NCBI GenBank assembly: GCA_002269645.1
Contig: NIVC01001164.1
Coordinates: 186,001 to 250,000, forward strand
Direction: 5' to 3'
Source of the DNA: Macrostomum lignano
Lineage: Eukaryota
DNA length: 64,000 nt
Shown here: piece after piece, positions 12,701-26,651 of the stretch
Numbering within the stretch: the stretch's first letter is position 1
Layout of the letters: each line of letters starts with the position of its first letter
Notes under the pieces: model-generated
Seen by the model: the letters and a program-made list of their open reading frames with translations, nothing else
Databases searched by the model: none
Told to the model about the DNA's origin: nothing
Translations under genes and position numbers: made by a program

Positions 12701-15700
12701 AGGTGCCGGTTGCAGTCCTGCCAGTAGCAGGCGAACTCCTTGCGATCGCAATTCTTCACGTGCAGCTCATTAACGTGCTGAAAAATTCCAGGATAGAAAA
12801 CTTAACTCTTCACATTTAGTAGCCCTAGAAACAATCAGTTCTAATTAACTGTGTCATTTTTTCAATGAAAGCTAGCCATTTTAGGTACTGCCTTACAACA
12901 AGTTTGCACAGCAGATTTTATTCCAGATAGTTTCTTAGACACAAAATCGTCTACTTCTATGGCCAGTCCTTTTCAAATTGTTGGCAGTCAAATGGCCTGG
13001 CCGCCCTGCGAAAACCCGGGGTTCAGACCATAGACTATAGCTTTTTCTGCTCTCAAGCATTAGCAGCCTGCAGCTGGTGTCTGTGGCCCTAACCCAGACG
13101 GCTGCTAAATACACTGGGCACATCTAAGTTTAGCGCCTCACCTCAACCAGTTCAGCATTGGTCTCGAACTTGGCACCGCAGTTCTCCCAGTGGCAGTCGG
13201 TCTCGCCCGACGCTGTCTCTCCGTCGTCGTCGTCCAGCTCGCCGTCTGCGCTGCAGCCGCCGCCGCCGCCGCCGCCGCCAACGCTGCTTCCCTCGAGGCC
13301 GCAGGACGAGCTGCCCTGTGGACTGGTCAGGGCCGAGTGTTGCGGCGGGGCTACTCCGGGAGACACGGACGGAGCGCCCGATGGCCTGAAGATCGACATT
13401 GGCTGCGGCTGCTGCGGCATCGGCGGCTGCGACGCCGGCGGCGGCGGTGGCTGCGGCGTGAACAGCGGCGACCCGCTGCCAAAAGAGGCAGCTGACAGAT
13501 GCCCGATGGAGCCCTGGCTGCCCTTGGAGCTGGCGCAGGGCGACCGGCGCAGGCGCGGTATCCAGGACAGGCAGTCGTGCGACGCGGTCACCTGGCTTAA
13601 ATCCATTCCGCTGCCTTCCATGGACGACTGCGACAGGGCGCGCTTCTTGGCGCCGCGGCCGAGAGTTGCCAGAGTGCCCTGCTGAAGAGGCACCGGTGGC
13701 GGCGGCGCCACTGGCGGCCAGGCGGGGCTGGCGGGCTGGTAGGCAGGCTGGGGATAAGCCCATGGCGGCGGGCAGGGGAAGCTGGGGTTGCTAGGCACGG
13801 AGCGGGTGCCCGTTGGCGGCTGGGAGCAGAAGCCAGCATGGTAGTAAGGAGCCGCCATGCCGTAGAATCCGGCTCGGCCGTCTGAAGAAGATGGCGTTCG
13901 GTTGAAATGCCATTTTTATCCCGAAAATAGCCACTTTTCTAATTTAAGTGCTATTTTTATCCCAACAGTGCCATTTTAGCCTGAGAAGTGCCATTTTAGC
14001 CAGAGAAGTGCCATCTTAGCCAGAGAAGTGCCATCTTAGCCAGAGAAGTGCCATTTTAGCCAGAGAAGTGCCATCTTAGCCAGAGAAGTGCCATTTTAGC
14101 CAGAGAAGTGCCATCTTAGCCAGAGAAGTGCCATCTTAGCCAGAGAAGTGCCATTTTAGCCAGAGAAGTGCCCTCTTAGCCAGAGAAGTGCCATCTTAGC
14201 CAGAGAAGTGCCATTTTATACTGAGAAGTGCCATTTTAGCCAGAGAAGTGCCATTCTATACTGAGAAGTGCCATTTTAGCCAGAGAAGTGCCATTCTATA
14301 CTGAGAAGTGCCATTTTAGCCAGAGAAGTGCCATTTTAGCCAGAGAAGTGCCATTTTAGCCTGAGAACTGCCATTTTAGCCAGAGAAGTGCCATTTTAGC
14401 CAGAGAAGTGCCATTTTAGCCAGAGAAGTGCCATTTTAGCCAGAGAAGTGCCATTTTAGCCAGAGAAGTGCCATTTTAGCCAGAGAAGTGCCATTTTAGC
14501 CTGAGAACTGCCATCTTAGCCAGAGAAGTGCCATTTTAGCCAGAGAAGTGCCATTTTAGCCAGAGAAGTGCCATTTTATACTGAGAAGTGCCATTTTAGC
14601 CAGAGAAGTGCCATTTTAGCCAGAGAAGTGCCATTCTATACTGAGAAGTGCCATTTTAGCCAGAGAAGTGCCATTTTAGCCAGAGAAGTGCCATTTTATA
14701 CTGAGAAGTGCCATTTTAGCCAGAGAAGTGCCATTTTAGCCTGAGAACTGCCATTTTAGCCAGAGAAGTGCCATTTTATACTGAGAAGTGCCATTTTAGC
14801 CAGAGAAGTGCCATTTTAGCCAGAGAAGTGCCATTTTAGCCAGAGAAGTGCCATTTTAGCCAGAGAAGTGCTATTTTAGCCAGAGAAGTGCCATTTTATA
14901 CTGAGAAGTGCCATTTTAGCCAGAGAAGTGCCATTTTAGCCAGAGAAGTGCCATTTTAGCCAGAGAAGATTTCCATCTTAGCCAGAGAACTGCCATCTTA
15001 GCCAGAGAAGTGTCATCTTAGCCAGAGAAGTGCCATCTTAGCCTGAGAAGTGCCATCTTAGCCAGAGAAGTGCCATCTTAGCCTGAGAAGTGCCATCTTA
15101 GCCAGAGAAGTGCCATTTTAGACTGAGAAGTGCCATTTTAGCCGGAGAAGTGCCATTTTAGACTGAGAAGTGCCATCTTAGCCAGAGAAGTGCCATCTTA
15201 GCCTGAGAACTGCCATCTTAGCCAGAGAACTGCCATCTTAGCCAGAGAAGTGCCATTTTAGCCTGAGAACTGCCATTTTAGCCAGAGAAGTGCCATTTTA
15301 TACTGAGAAGTGCCATTTTAGCCAGAGAAGTGCCATTTTATACTGAGAAGTGCCATTTTATACTGAGAAGTGCCATCTTAGCCAGAGAAGTGCCATTTTA
15401 GCCAGAGAACTGCCATTTTAGCCAGAGAAGTGCCATTTTATACTGAGAAGTGCCATTTTAGCCAGAGAAGTGCCATTTTGGCCAGAGAAGTGCCATTTTA
15501 TACTGAGAAGTGCCATTTTAGCCAGAGAAGTGCCATTTTAGCCTGAGAACTGCCATTTTAGCCAGAGAAGTGCCATTTTAGCCAGAGAAGTGCCATTTTA
15601 GCCAGAGAAGTGCCATTTTAGCCAGAGAAGTGCCATTTTAGCCTGAGAACTGCCATTTTAGCCAGAGAAGTGCCATTTTAGCCAGAGAAGTGCCATTTTA

Positions 15701-18284
15701 GCCAGAGAAGTGCCATTTTAGCCTGAAAACTGCCATCTTAGCCAGAGAAGTGTCATTTTAGCCAGAGAAGTGCCATTTTATACTGAGAAGTGCCATTTTA
15801 GCCAGAGAAGTGCCATTTTATACTGAGAAGTGCCATTTTAGCCAGAGAAGTGCCATTTTAGCCAGAGAAGTGCCATTTTATACTGAGAAGTGCCATTTTA
15901 GCCAGAGAACTGCCATTTTAGCCAGAGAACTGCCATTTTAGCCAGAGAAGTGCCATTTTATACTGAGAAGTGCCATTTTAGCCAGAGAAGTGCCATTTTA
16001 GCCAGAGAAGTGCCATTTTAGCCAGAGAAGTGCCATTTTAGCCAGAGAAGTGCTATTTTAGCCAGAGAAGTGCCATTTTATACTGAGAAGTGCCATTTTA
16101 GCCAGAGAAGTGCCATTTTATACTGAGAAGTGCCATTTTAGCCAAAGAAGTGCCATTTTAGCCAGAGAAGTGCCATTTTAGCCAGAGAAGTGCCATTTTA
16201 AACTGAGAAGTGCCATTTTTATGCCTAACCGTGCCAGTTTTAGTTTTAAAAATGTCATTGCTGAAAAAAATCTAGATTTGATTCAATATTACCCGATTTT
16301 AACTACAGAAATGTCAGTGGATAACCCATGCTAGTTGCATTCAATATTTTTCAAACAATAGGTTGAGCAGTGAAACGAGCTGAGTCATCAACTCAAACGG
16401 TCCCCTCCTGGCCAAAGCAACTGTGCTCATATTTATTCTCTGGCTGAGTGTCATGATCTACGCAGAATGCATAAATTATATCGTACATTTATACAATAAG
16501 AATGCAGCTCTGGAACTCTGTGACACCTCGAGTGGCTCTCAGCAGGGGTTTGAGGGCTTGAGGGCAGAGTCTTACAACCCAGCCTAAGGTCGGCGCCCCC
16601 CCACCCGGAAAAAACTGCACTGCAATGCCAATCTTGCATTGTTCTGAATGCGACCGCCCCTCCCGCCTCGCTGCGTGCCACTTAATCGCAAAGCAAGGAA
16701 AAGAAAGAAAAGAAGAGATGGTTAAACCCATAAGCACCATCGCAATGGAGTCATGGAGGACTGCTCAGGTTGCTATTCGAGTGGGGGGGAGGTGGCTGTC
16801 CCGAGTTCGTGCGTGCGGACTCAACGGGCGCCAACTCTAACAAAACAGTCTGGATTAGTTTCGAGTCCCTATAAACTTTACAACTGGAAAGAAAAACACT
16901 GGGGCCTGTCATGAGAAAAGCTGCTGGGGGGGGGGGAGGCCCGAGGCACAAACTGTCTCTTTCTGATGGAAAGATATGTATTTATTAAGGACCCCAAATG
17001 GCCGGGCATGAGCTGCTAAAAAACTAGCAGAAATGGCTGCGGACGGGGCAAGGGCCACCCAGACAGTCCAGAGAGCGCAAGAAACTGCTGTGCATTTTCT
17101 TGATATTGTTGAACAATGAGAAGATAAAGAATGGGCATTTCTTTTTTTGGTATTGTTCAGCACTCGCCGCCATCCACAACCACCATAATCGACTGTAATT
17201 GCCAATTTCATTTGATGCGCTTACTCATTCACTAAACTCACACTGGTGAGAGGTGAGAATGAGAACGCATAATTGCGATGGGTTATTAACATCGCATAGT
17301 ATAGATCATCGGGTATATAGATTAGCTAGGGAATTTGGTTAAGATTGGGAATGTGATAACTAAATTTAGCAACATTTTTTCACTCTAGAAGTGGGCTTGT
17401 TTGAGCACCGGGTTATAGGAGGGGGGAATTGCGGCCTGTTTGAGCACCGAGTTATAGGAGGGGGGAATTGCGGCCTGTTTGAGCACCGGATTATAGGGGG
17501 GAATTGCGGCCTGTTTGAGCACCGGGTTATGGGGGAATTGCGGCCTGTTTGAGCACCGGGTTAAGGGGGGGAATTGCGGCCTGTTTGAGCACCGAGTTAT
17601 AGGAGGGGGGAATTGCGGCCTGTTTGAGCACCGAGTTATAGGAGGGGGGAATTGCGGCCTGTTTGAGCACCGGATTTTAGGGGGGAATTGCGGCCTGTTT
17701 GAGCACCGGGTTATAGGGGGGAATTGCGGCCTGTTTGAGCACCGGGTTATGGGGGAATTGCGGCCTGTTTGAGCACCGGGTTAAGGGGGGGGGAATTGCG
17801 CCCTTTTTGAGCACCGGGTTATGGGGAATTGCGGCCTGTTTTATGGGGGGAATTGCGGCCTGTTTGAGCACCGGGTTATGGGGGAATTGCGGTCTGTTTG
17901 AGCACCGTGTTAAGGGGGGGGGGAATTGCGGCCTGTTTGAGCACCGGGTTATAGGGGGGAATTGCGGCCTGTTTGAGCACCGGGTTATGGGGGGAATTGC
18001 GGTCTGTTTGAGGGCCGTGGAAGGTTCCTGCAGGACAGACTTCTCGGGAAAAAATTCATTGTGGCGGACGGACAACAAAGGGACAACACGTAACAACAAT
18101 AAGAGCTTAGACGAAACTCACCAAATTCGTTAAAATTTCTTTGCAAAGGCTGCTGCTGCTGCAGACTTTCTGGCCCAGGTCCTGAACAGCAGTACAGCTG
18201 TTGACTTCCGGTTGCTTCGTGCGGTGGCTGCTGCTGCTGCGGCGGCGGCGGCGGCGGCCCCAGTCTAGGCGGGTAGCACTGCAT
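8149..18284 (-). CDS. gli: GLI/Cubitus interruptus five-C2H2 zinc-finger transcription factor (Hedgehog effector), 6 coding exons, ~928 aa
   Basis: Exons (minus): 18284..18122, 13881..13142, 12777..12625, 11794..11086, 10001..9519, 8687..8149. All introns are GT-AG, phases are compatible, total 2787 nt. Contains ETDCHWENC...HVNELH, CYWQDC...[52 protein letters not shown] and [16 protein letters not shown], which are diagnostic of GLI zinc fingers 1-5, plus the N-terminal KRALS...SIGHLS block. The first exon/ATG is the least certain part. Confidence 0.93.
8752..9180. repeat. ~41-42-bp minisatellite in gli intron 5 (GGGCAGGGAGTGAGGTGGCTGCAKGAAGAGTTGGGGTGTT)
   Basis: About 10 units read directly. 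Confidence 0.9.
10088..10950. repeat. 17-18-bp minisatellite in gli intron 4 (GACAGTCAAATGTCACTG)n
   Basis: Direct reading; explains the SLDSQM and VKCHW ORFs. Confidence 0.95.
11945..12560. repeat. GA-rich minisatellite in gli intron 3 (GGGGAGAGAGAGAGKCACA-type)
   Basis: Direct reading; bracketed by a 43-bp direct repeat. Confidence 0.9.
13967..16220. repeat. 20-bp minisatellite in gli intron 1 (GAGAAGTGCCATYTTAGCCA)n, ~110 units
   Basis: Direct reading. Confidence 0.97.
17393..18010. repeat. ~33-37-bp minisatellite in gli intron 1 (GGGGGAATTGCGGCCTGTTTGAGCACCGGGTTAT)n
   Basis: Direct reading; the G-run length varies between units. Confidence 0.93.
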
Positions 18285-19075
18285 TCGATTTGGGATTTGG
18301 GAGGAAAGTTGGACAGCTCAATGAAAGAAAACTGTTGCTGTGCTTCGGGACCAGCTGCTTAAAAGGGTGGTGAACCCTGAGAAGCTCTTTCTTTTTTTAC
18401 TTTCTCTCTCCGCCAGCCCGGCTGCTGTGCTGTCTTATTTTCTATTCTATTTAATTCTATTCATTTTTCAGTCGGTAGGGCCATTTTTCGAACTCCATTT
18501 TGCTGCTGTTGCTGCTGGCCCCGCAACCCTCCGCTAGCTGGGACCCCCCCATCCAGCCATCCACCCTCCCCGTTGCATAGCCTCACTTACACTGACCCCT
18601 GCCCCAATAGACTGCTTTTGCATCAATTGCCAGATCTCTCAGCGTCTCTTTTCTCTCCCTCTGTCTCTCTGTCTCTCTCTGTCTCTCTCTGTCTCTCTCT
18701 GTCTCTCTCTCTCTCTCACTATTTTGTTTGTTATATGCAAAATCTGCGCAGTCGGCCGCTAGCATCCATTGCCCAATGATCTGCTACAGGCTAAGCTTTA
18801 AGATTAACTGGTTATGAAGCACATATATATATATATGTTGATATGGCGAAATATATTGTGGGTTTGGTTATTATCCAAATCTTTGGTCAGATCAAACTCT
18901 ATAAAATCTGTGAAGTCGGTCTGCGTTTCTACGCTCGTATTTTAAGAAATTTTCCAACTTTGATTAGCTGGGGTTTGGGGGTGTGAAACTGCATACTGAA
19001 GTTCCCAGCTTGCTTTCTAGTATTTGCCAGCGGCCACTTTGATGTGCGCGCGAGCGAAATTTTATTGACGTTTCT

Positions 19076-19980
19076 TAGGGATCGGGATTGGGATCGGGAT
19101 TGGGATTGTTGGGATTGGAATTGTTGGGATTGGGATCGGGATTGAGATAGTTGAGATTGGGATTGTTGGGATTGGGATTGGGATCGAGATTGAAATCGGG
19201 ATGGATCGGGATTGGGATTGTTGGGATTGGGATTGTTGGGATTGGGATTGTTGGGATTGTGATTGTTGGGATTGGGATTGTTGGGATTGGGATTGTTGGG
19301 ATTGTGATTGTTGGGATTGGGATTGTTGGGATTGGGATTGTTGGGATTGTGATTGTTGGGATTGGGATTGTTGGGATTGGGATTGGGATCGGAATCTGGA
19401 TGGGGATCGGAATTGGGATTGTTGGGATTGAGATTGTTGGGATTGGGATTGTTGGGATAGGGATCGAGATTGGGATCGGGATCGGGATTGGGATTGGGAT
19501 TGTTGGGATTGTGATTGTTGGGATTGTGATTGTTGGGATTGGGATTGTTGGGATTGTGATTGTTGGGATTGGGATTGTTGGGATTGGGATTGGGATCGGG
19601 ATTGGGATTGGGATCGGGATTGGGATCTGGATTGGAATCGGTATTGGGATCGGAATCTGGATGGGGATCGGAATTGGGATTGTTGGGATTGAGATTGTTG
19701 GGATTGGGATTGTTGGGATTGGGATCGAGATTGGGATTGGGATCGGGATCGGGATTGGGATTGGGATTGGGATCGGGATTGGGATCTGGATTGGAATCGG
19801 GATCGGGATTGGGATTGGGATCGGGATTAGGATCGGGATCGGGATTGGGATCGGGATTGGGATCTGGATTGGAATCGGGATCGGGATTGGGATTGGGATC
19901 GGGATTAGGATCGGGATCGGGATTGGGATCGGGATTGGGATCGGGATTGGGATCGGGATCGGGATTGCGATTGGGATCCA
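19076..19980. repeat. degenerate GGGATT/GGGATC/GGGATTGTT array
   Basis: Direct reading; produces the NPDP and GIGI ORFs, which lack an ATG start. Confidence 0.93.
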
Positions 19981-21382
19981 AATTGGGATTTTGTTTTTTG
20001 AAATTTTGAAATTCTCAAAAATCCAAATTTTCGAATCCCGCGGTTAAGAAGTCTTCAGAGCCAGCCAATTGCTCAGGAAAATTGAATCTCAAACAAACAG
20101 TGCTTGAGAAGCAGGATTGCAGGTAACAGAAGAGCTCAAAGTGTTTGCTCAGCTGGTAGACGACTCTCTCCTCTTTCCATATCTCTTCCACTTTCTGCTC
20201 AAATTGAAAGCGTGTTTTATTAATGAAAAATTGCTCCGGGTCGAGATTAGTGAGCTGACCTTCTTCTCACTTGGATCGGTGGCGATAAAAATTGAGTCAA
20301 GAGGTGAAGGGCTGATGAACACGGAATTTCCCAGTCTCCGCTCAAGTTTTATAATCGACATCAAAGAGAGCCGCCGGAGCAGCGAAATTTCCAAACCTTC
20401 TCTCCTGCCGAAAGAAAGTGTTGCCAATCTTAATGAAAAGAAAATGTCCCGCAAGAGGCTGTTTCCGATTCAGCAACAATAAAAATGCATTTCCCAATGA
20501 GATAAACTTAGCGAGACAAGTAAGCATTATATCAAGTGCTTAGCCTGAGGCGACTGCGGGCAAAAGCAGGCAGATCAGCTGTTTATACCAAAATCAATAA
20601 AACTAGTTTAGGGATCTGACCCGATCCTCTCTTACCTTAGACTGACTCCGCAAAGTGTGTTTGTAGTGACTGTAAATGGATTTAAGCTGGAAATGTATAA
20701 GAAAAAAGAATTCTGTGTGCTTCCGTGAAAATTCAATCCCAGGCCAGGACCCCCTTCATCTAAAAGGGATTTGCGCCCCGATTCCTGACTGGCTGACTGA
20801 CTGACTGACTGATGGCTGTCTTAAATACGATTTCTGGGTGTATCAGCCACGAGAGGGGCCACAACTTCATTCCCCAGAATCCGCTGCCCTCTCAGTCTTC
20901 TTTTAATTGCCGCCCGCCCATGCTGCCCGGCTGCAGCCAGTCTTAAATCTGGGCCCCGCTACAGCTGACTCATCATTAAAGTATAAAATATGGTTCCTGC
21001 AGCAGCAGCATCGGCTTCTGAATAGGTTCGATTAGAAAGAGAAGATCAAGAAGAGGTCACGTGTATTTTGGGATAAATCCACTTCGCTATTTGAATCCTT
21101 GAATTCTATTAATTATATACGCTTCTTTAATCCCCATTGCCGAAGATAAACACCAGTGAATGGATCAGGCCCTGCTAAACTACTACCTTCAATTAAAGGG
21201 GCCTGAAGCATTCTTTTTGGCTGCGTTTTTTTTGGAAATAGTTTGGAATTGGGAATTATTGTTTTCTTTTGGGCTGCCGCTGCTGCTGCATGTACGGGCA
21301 AAAGTGGATAGGAATGACGAGTGGGATATGGCGAATGCTGGGTCTTAGCTAGCGAGATAGAATGTGATCTTAGCTAGGAGGG

Positions 21383-21895
21383 TGGGATCTTGGCTAGGGG
21401 GATGGGATCTTGGCTAAGGGTGGGATCTTGGCTAGGGGGTGGGATCTTGGCTAGGGGGATGGGATCTTGGCTAAGGGTGGGATCTTGGCTAGGGGGGTGG
21501 GATCTTGGCTAGGGGGATGGGATCTTGGCTAAGGGTGGGATCTTGGCTAGGGGGTGGGATCTTGGCTAAGGGTGGGATCTTGGCTAGGGGGATGGGATCT
21601 TGGCTAAGGGTGGGATCTTGGCTAAGGGTGGGATCTTGGCTAGGGGGGTGGGATCTTGGCTAAGGGTGGGATCTTGGCTAGGGGGGTGGGATCTTGGCTA
21701 GGGGGATGGGATCTTGGCTAGGGGGTGGGACCTTGGCTAGGGGGATGGGATCTTGGCTAGGGGGATGGGATCTTGGCTAGGGGGATGGGATCTTGGCTAA
21801 GGGTGGGATCTTAATTAGGGGAGTGGGACCTTGGCTAGGGGGATGGGATCTTGACTAGGGGGATGGGATCTTGACTAGGGGGATGGGATCTTGGC
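21383..21895. repeat. ~17-19-bp minisatellite (GGGATCTTGGCTAGGGG[A]T)n
   Basis: Direct reading. Confidence 0.93.
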
Positions 21896-22729
21896 TACAC
21901 CGCAGATTCAAGCTATACCAAACCAAATATATTTAAACTTAAGAAAGAGTTTAGAAAGAAAGAATATAGAAAGACTTCTATAGCTTGAAAAAGTCAGTTA
22001 GAATTTTTCGAAATCTTAGAAACGGAGCTGTGTGAACTTAATAATGACTTTTTAACGATGAAGTGACCCAGTTTCTAGCTGGCAATCGCGATTCTGTAGT
22101 GATTAAAACTTAGCAGTTAGCCGCCATATTTCTGTAAATTAACTGTTTTACAAAACAACTATCTTGGCTTGCGGAGATGCCGGCTAGCAGAAAGAAATTG
22201 CTTCTAAAAGGACTTTTTTTTGTCCGAGCAGGGGTCACGCTGAGGGAAGCAGGTATAAGGATCGGTTTATTGAGCATTTGAGGATTTGTCAGGCCTGAGG
22301 GTTTAAGGGTTTTTTGCTATCGTTTCAGTTCGAAGACAAGTTTTGAAATGTTTTCTTTAACTCTTCTCTTTTCTCCATCATTCTTGGTCGCGCATGGATA
22401 CTAGAAGGAGACGGTGCTGACCAAACAAAGCAATTATGAGTTGTCGTAAGTGATATAGGCTCGTCTTCATTGTGGCCGTGTGGATCGATGAAAAAGCATC
22501 CCACTAGTTTAAGAATCTGGGTGATGTGATGAAGATGGTTGACTAGATCTAGATGCGGGTTGGGGAAGCTGGGGAACTCTTCATTGCGGACAGTCTCTGA
22601 AAAAAGTGCAACACGCTGGCCTGAGCTCTGATATCTTTTTAGTTTGTGATCGAGCGAGTTTGCAACCATCTCCTTTGTCTGGGAATTCATTAAAGAAGCG
22701 GGCGCCCGGATTTCCAAGGTTACAATAGC

Positions 22730-23764
<1,035 letters not shown>

Positions 23765-25134
23765 AGCTAAAAGCGGAGCTCAAGCAAGGTGAGGGCACAG
23801 AATAGAGCTGTGTTGGGTCGGTGTGTAGTCAGGAGAGTTCAGGGGACACCCGTGTCTGTCTGTGCCAAATCTTGGGAACTTGGCCCCGCCTTTGTCCCGC
23901 TGCCCAAATTGAAATTGCCCCCTATCCCCCTCCATGCCATTTGTTTAAAACTAAGAGCTGCACAAAAAAGCAAAATTCAACTTTGGGCCTCGATAGTGTT
24001 GGAGTGAGGGGCCAAGCGCAGTCTGGCTGGGCCCTTTCGGAACCCCTGCTAGAGACAGGTGGGCGGCCAGTTGTTCTAAACTAGACTGAGGCCGGGCTTC
24101 GGCCCCCCATCAAGATATGGGCTTGAAGATGAAGACTAGTAGCTAGTTAGAGGACCTTCGAAGGCATCGCGGGCTCGGTACAAAGAGAAATTAAAGTACG
24201 CATATCAAACTATTACAGTTATAAAATACATTCCAAATATGGAAGTCAAAGATTTCTTCTATTTTTTCCTTTCCCATGGAGCCCAAGCAGAAGCAGACTG
24301 TGCATTATTTCTTATCTATGCAATTTAACTGAAAGTTCAGAGAATTCTTTACAAGTCTAGCGTCAGAAAAAATGCATTAGATTGCATAGGTATAACAACA
24401 GCAAGATTTTCTAGGACAATAAATCAATAAGCAAATTATGGCTTTAAAACTTACCAAAAGAAAATTTGTATGGTATGCAGTCCTCTGTAAACAACTTCGA
24501 CTCGCTGATTTATCCAGTCAATTTCTGCTGATTAAACTGATTTCCGATACAAATTCTTGCACCATTTCCGGGGTGTTGTTCTCTTGTTATCACGGAAAAA
24601 GCAAAGGAATTTGAAGCAAGGGTTGGCTGTTCAAACCAGAACCATTGGGGGTTTGATAATTTCTAGTTGATTTTTTCCTCACGACAGCCTCCCACACCCC
24701 CCGGAGGAGAGGGGAGATCAATTTTAATTGGTCGCGAGTCATGAACTGGGGGATATTGGGGCACCAGACACAGTGCTGTGAAGGAGTGGAGAGAACTGCA
24801 GACAGCCAATCCTGTGCTGAGGTCGGAACTTGGCTCGTTTCCCTCTGAGAATTCCAGTTGCCCTGCATTGCGAGTAAAGTTTACGATTGAAGTGGGAACC
24901 CCTTTTTTAAACAGCCAGAACTGTTTCGCTGTAGTGTAGACTGACTGTCGACTGTTTTTCTTACAGAAACTATAACTATTCGCAAGATTATTCTGAAGAT
25001 TAGTTGCCAGGCTTTTATTATTCCTTCGAGAATATTAGATCGTTTTCGAAAAATCATGGCACAGTGCGGGCACAGTGCTTTCCCGCTTAGTCCTGTTCAT
25101 GTAGAAATCTTAATGAATTTAGTCTCAGAGCTGT

Positions 25135-25907
25135 AGTATCTGGTCTCTGAGTGTGAGAATCTGGTCTCTGAGTGTGAGAATCTGGTCCCTGAGTGTGAAA
25201 ATCTGGTCCCTGAGTGTGAGAATCTGGTCTCTGAGTGTGAGAATCTGGTCCCTGAGCGTGAGAATCTGGTCCCTGAGTGTGAGAATCTGGTCTCTGAGTG
25301 TGAGAATCTGGTCTCTGAGTGTGAGAATCTGGTCTCTGAGTGTGAGAATCTGGTCTCTGAGTGTGAGAATCTGGTCCCTGAGTGTGAGAATCTGGTCCCT
25401 GAGTGTGAGAATCTGGTCTCTGAGTGTGAGAATCTGGTCCCTGAGTGTGAGAATCTGGTCCCTGAGTGTGAGAATCTGGTCCCTGAGTGTGAGAATCTGG
25501 TCCCTGAGTGTGAGAATCTGGTCTCTGAGTGTGAGAATCTGGTCCCTGAGTGTGAGAATCTGGTCTCTGAGTGTGAGAATCTGGTCTCTGAGTGTGAGAA
25601 TCTGGTCTCTGAGTGTGAGAATCTGGTCCCTGAGTGTGAGAATCTGGTCCCTGAGTGTGAGAATCTGGTCTCTGAGTGTGAGAATCTGGTCTCTGAGTGT
25701 GAGAATCTGGTCCCTGAGTGTGAGAATCTGGTCTCTGAGTGTGAGAATCTGGTCTCTGAGTGTGAGAATCTGGTCCCTGAGTGTGAGAATCTGGTCCCTG
25801 AGTGTGAGAATCTGGTCTCTGAGTGTGAGAATCTGGTCCCTGAGTGTGAGAATCTGGTCCCTGAGTGTGAGAATCTGGTCTCTGAGTGTGAGAATCTGGT
25901 CCCCGAG
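25135..25907. repeat. 21-bp minisatellite (GAGTGTGAGAATCTGGTCYCT)n
   Basis: Direct reading; explains the RIWSLSV ORF. Confidence 0.96.
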
Positions 25908-26651
25908 TGTCCCCCTGTGTTTGAGTGTGTTTTAATGTGGTCTCTGAATTTGAAAATCAGAAAATTCTCAGACTCAGGGACCTGATACTCAGAGTCATTG
26001 TCTCTGAATCGTAGAATCTGAATCTGAACACTGAGTTTTAGAGTCTAAACTAAATAATGCAACTAACTAGTTAAATAAATAAATTTTTCAACTAAATACT
26101 TCACAAAGTAGGGGCTTTCTACACCAAATGTTTCATATTATCATGATTAAAAAGCCATGGAGACCCTTAGAATAGCCTATCGCCATGAGCGCAATATAAG
26201 AAGCCACTTGAAAAATATACCACAATAAAGACACTCAAGAGCTATAATCCCAAGCATGTCCTATCCTTACACCTGCCGGTTACTAATATATATTTAGCCG
26301 ATAATTTGATTGAGTGGATATAAAGCATCAGTTATGTTATGCGGCCTATAATCCAAGTCAAAATATTCGTTCGCAATGAATAGCAGATAAATCCGGGACT
26401 GTATAAATAATGCGATAATTCTCTATTCTGTTCCAATCACTATATGCAGGTTAATCCGCTTTAACTAACTGACACACCTTGGCAACTGCGCTACGTTATC
26501 ATGGCAATTTGTAATTCCGCCTAATTTTTTAGGCAGAGGGCCTGTCGTGAGACACTGCAGACTCCAACTGTGGACTGATTGCGCCAAAATAGATCTTTCA
26601 TGGTTTGAATGAGTGTCATAGATGAGTTTCTGATGAGTTATAGAAACTTTT

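Noticed and set aside
18929-20047. NPDP/NPNN-repeat ORF resembling circumsporozoite protein, and the antisense GIGI ORF
   Set aside because: Both are hexamer-satellite translations with a TTG rather than ATG start, no signal peptide and no unique domain.
20117-20527. Overlapping 60-120-aa ORFs on both strands
   Set aside because: No recognisable motif and no consistent splice model.
26626-26650. CTGATGAG...GAAAC as a hammerhead ribozyme core
   Set aside because: Stem II cannot close (no G-C pair before GAAA) and no stem I/III or cleavage triplet is evident.
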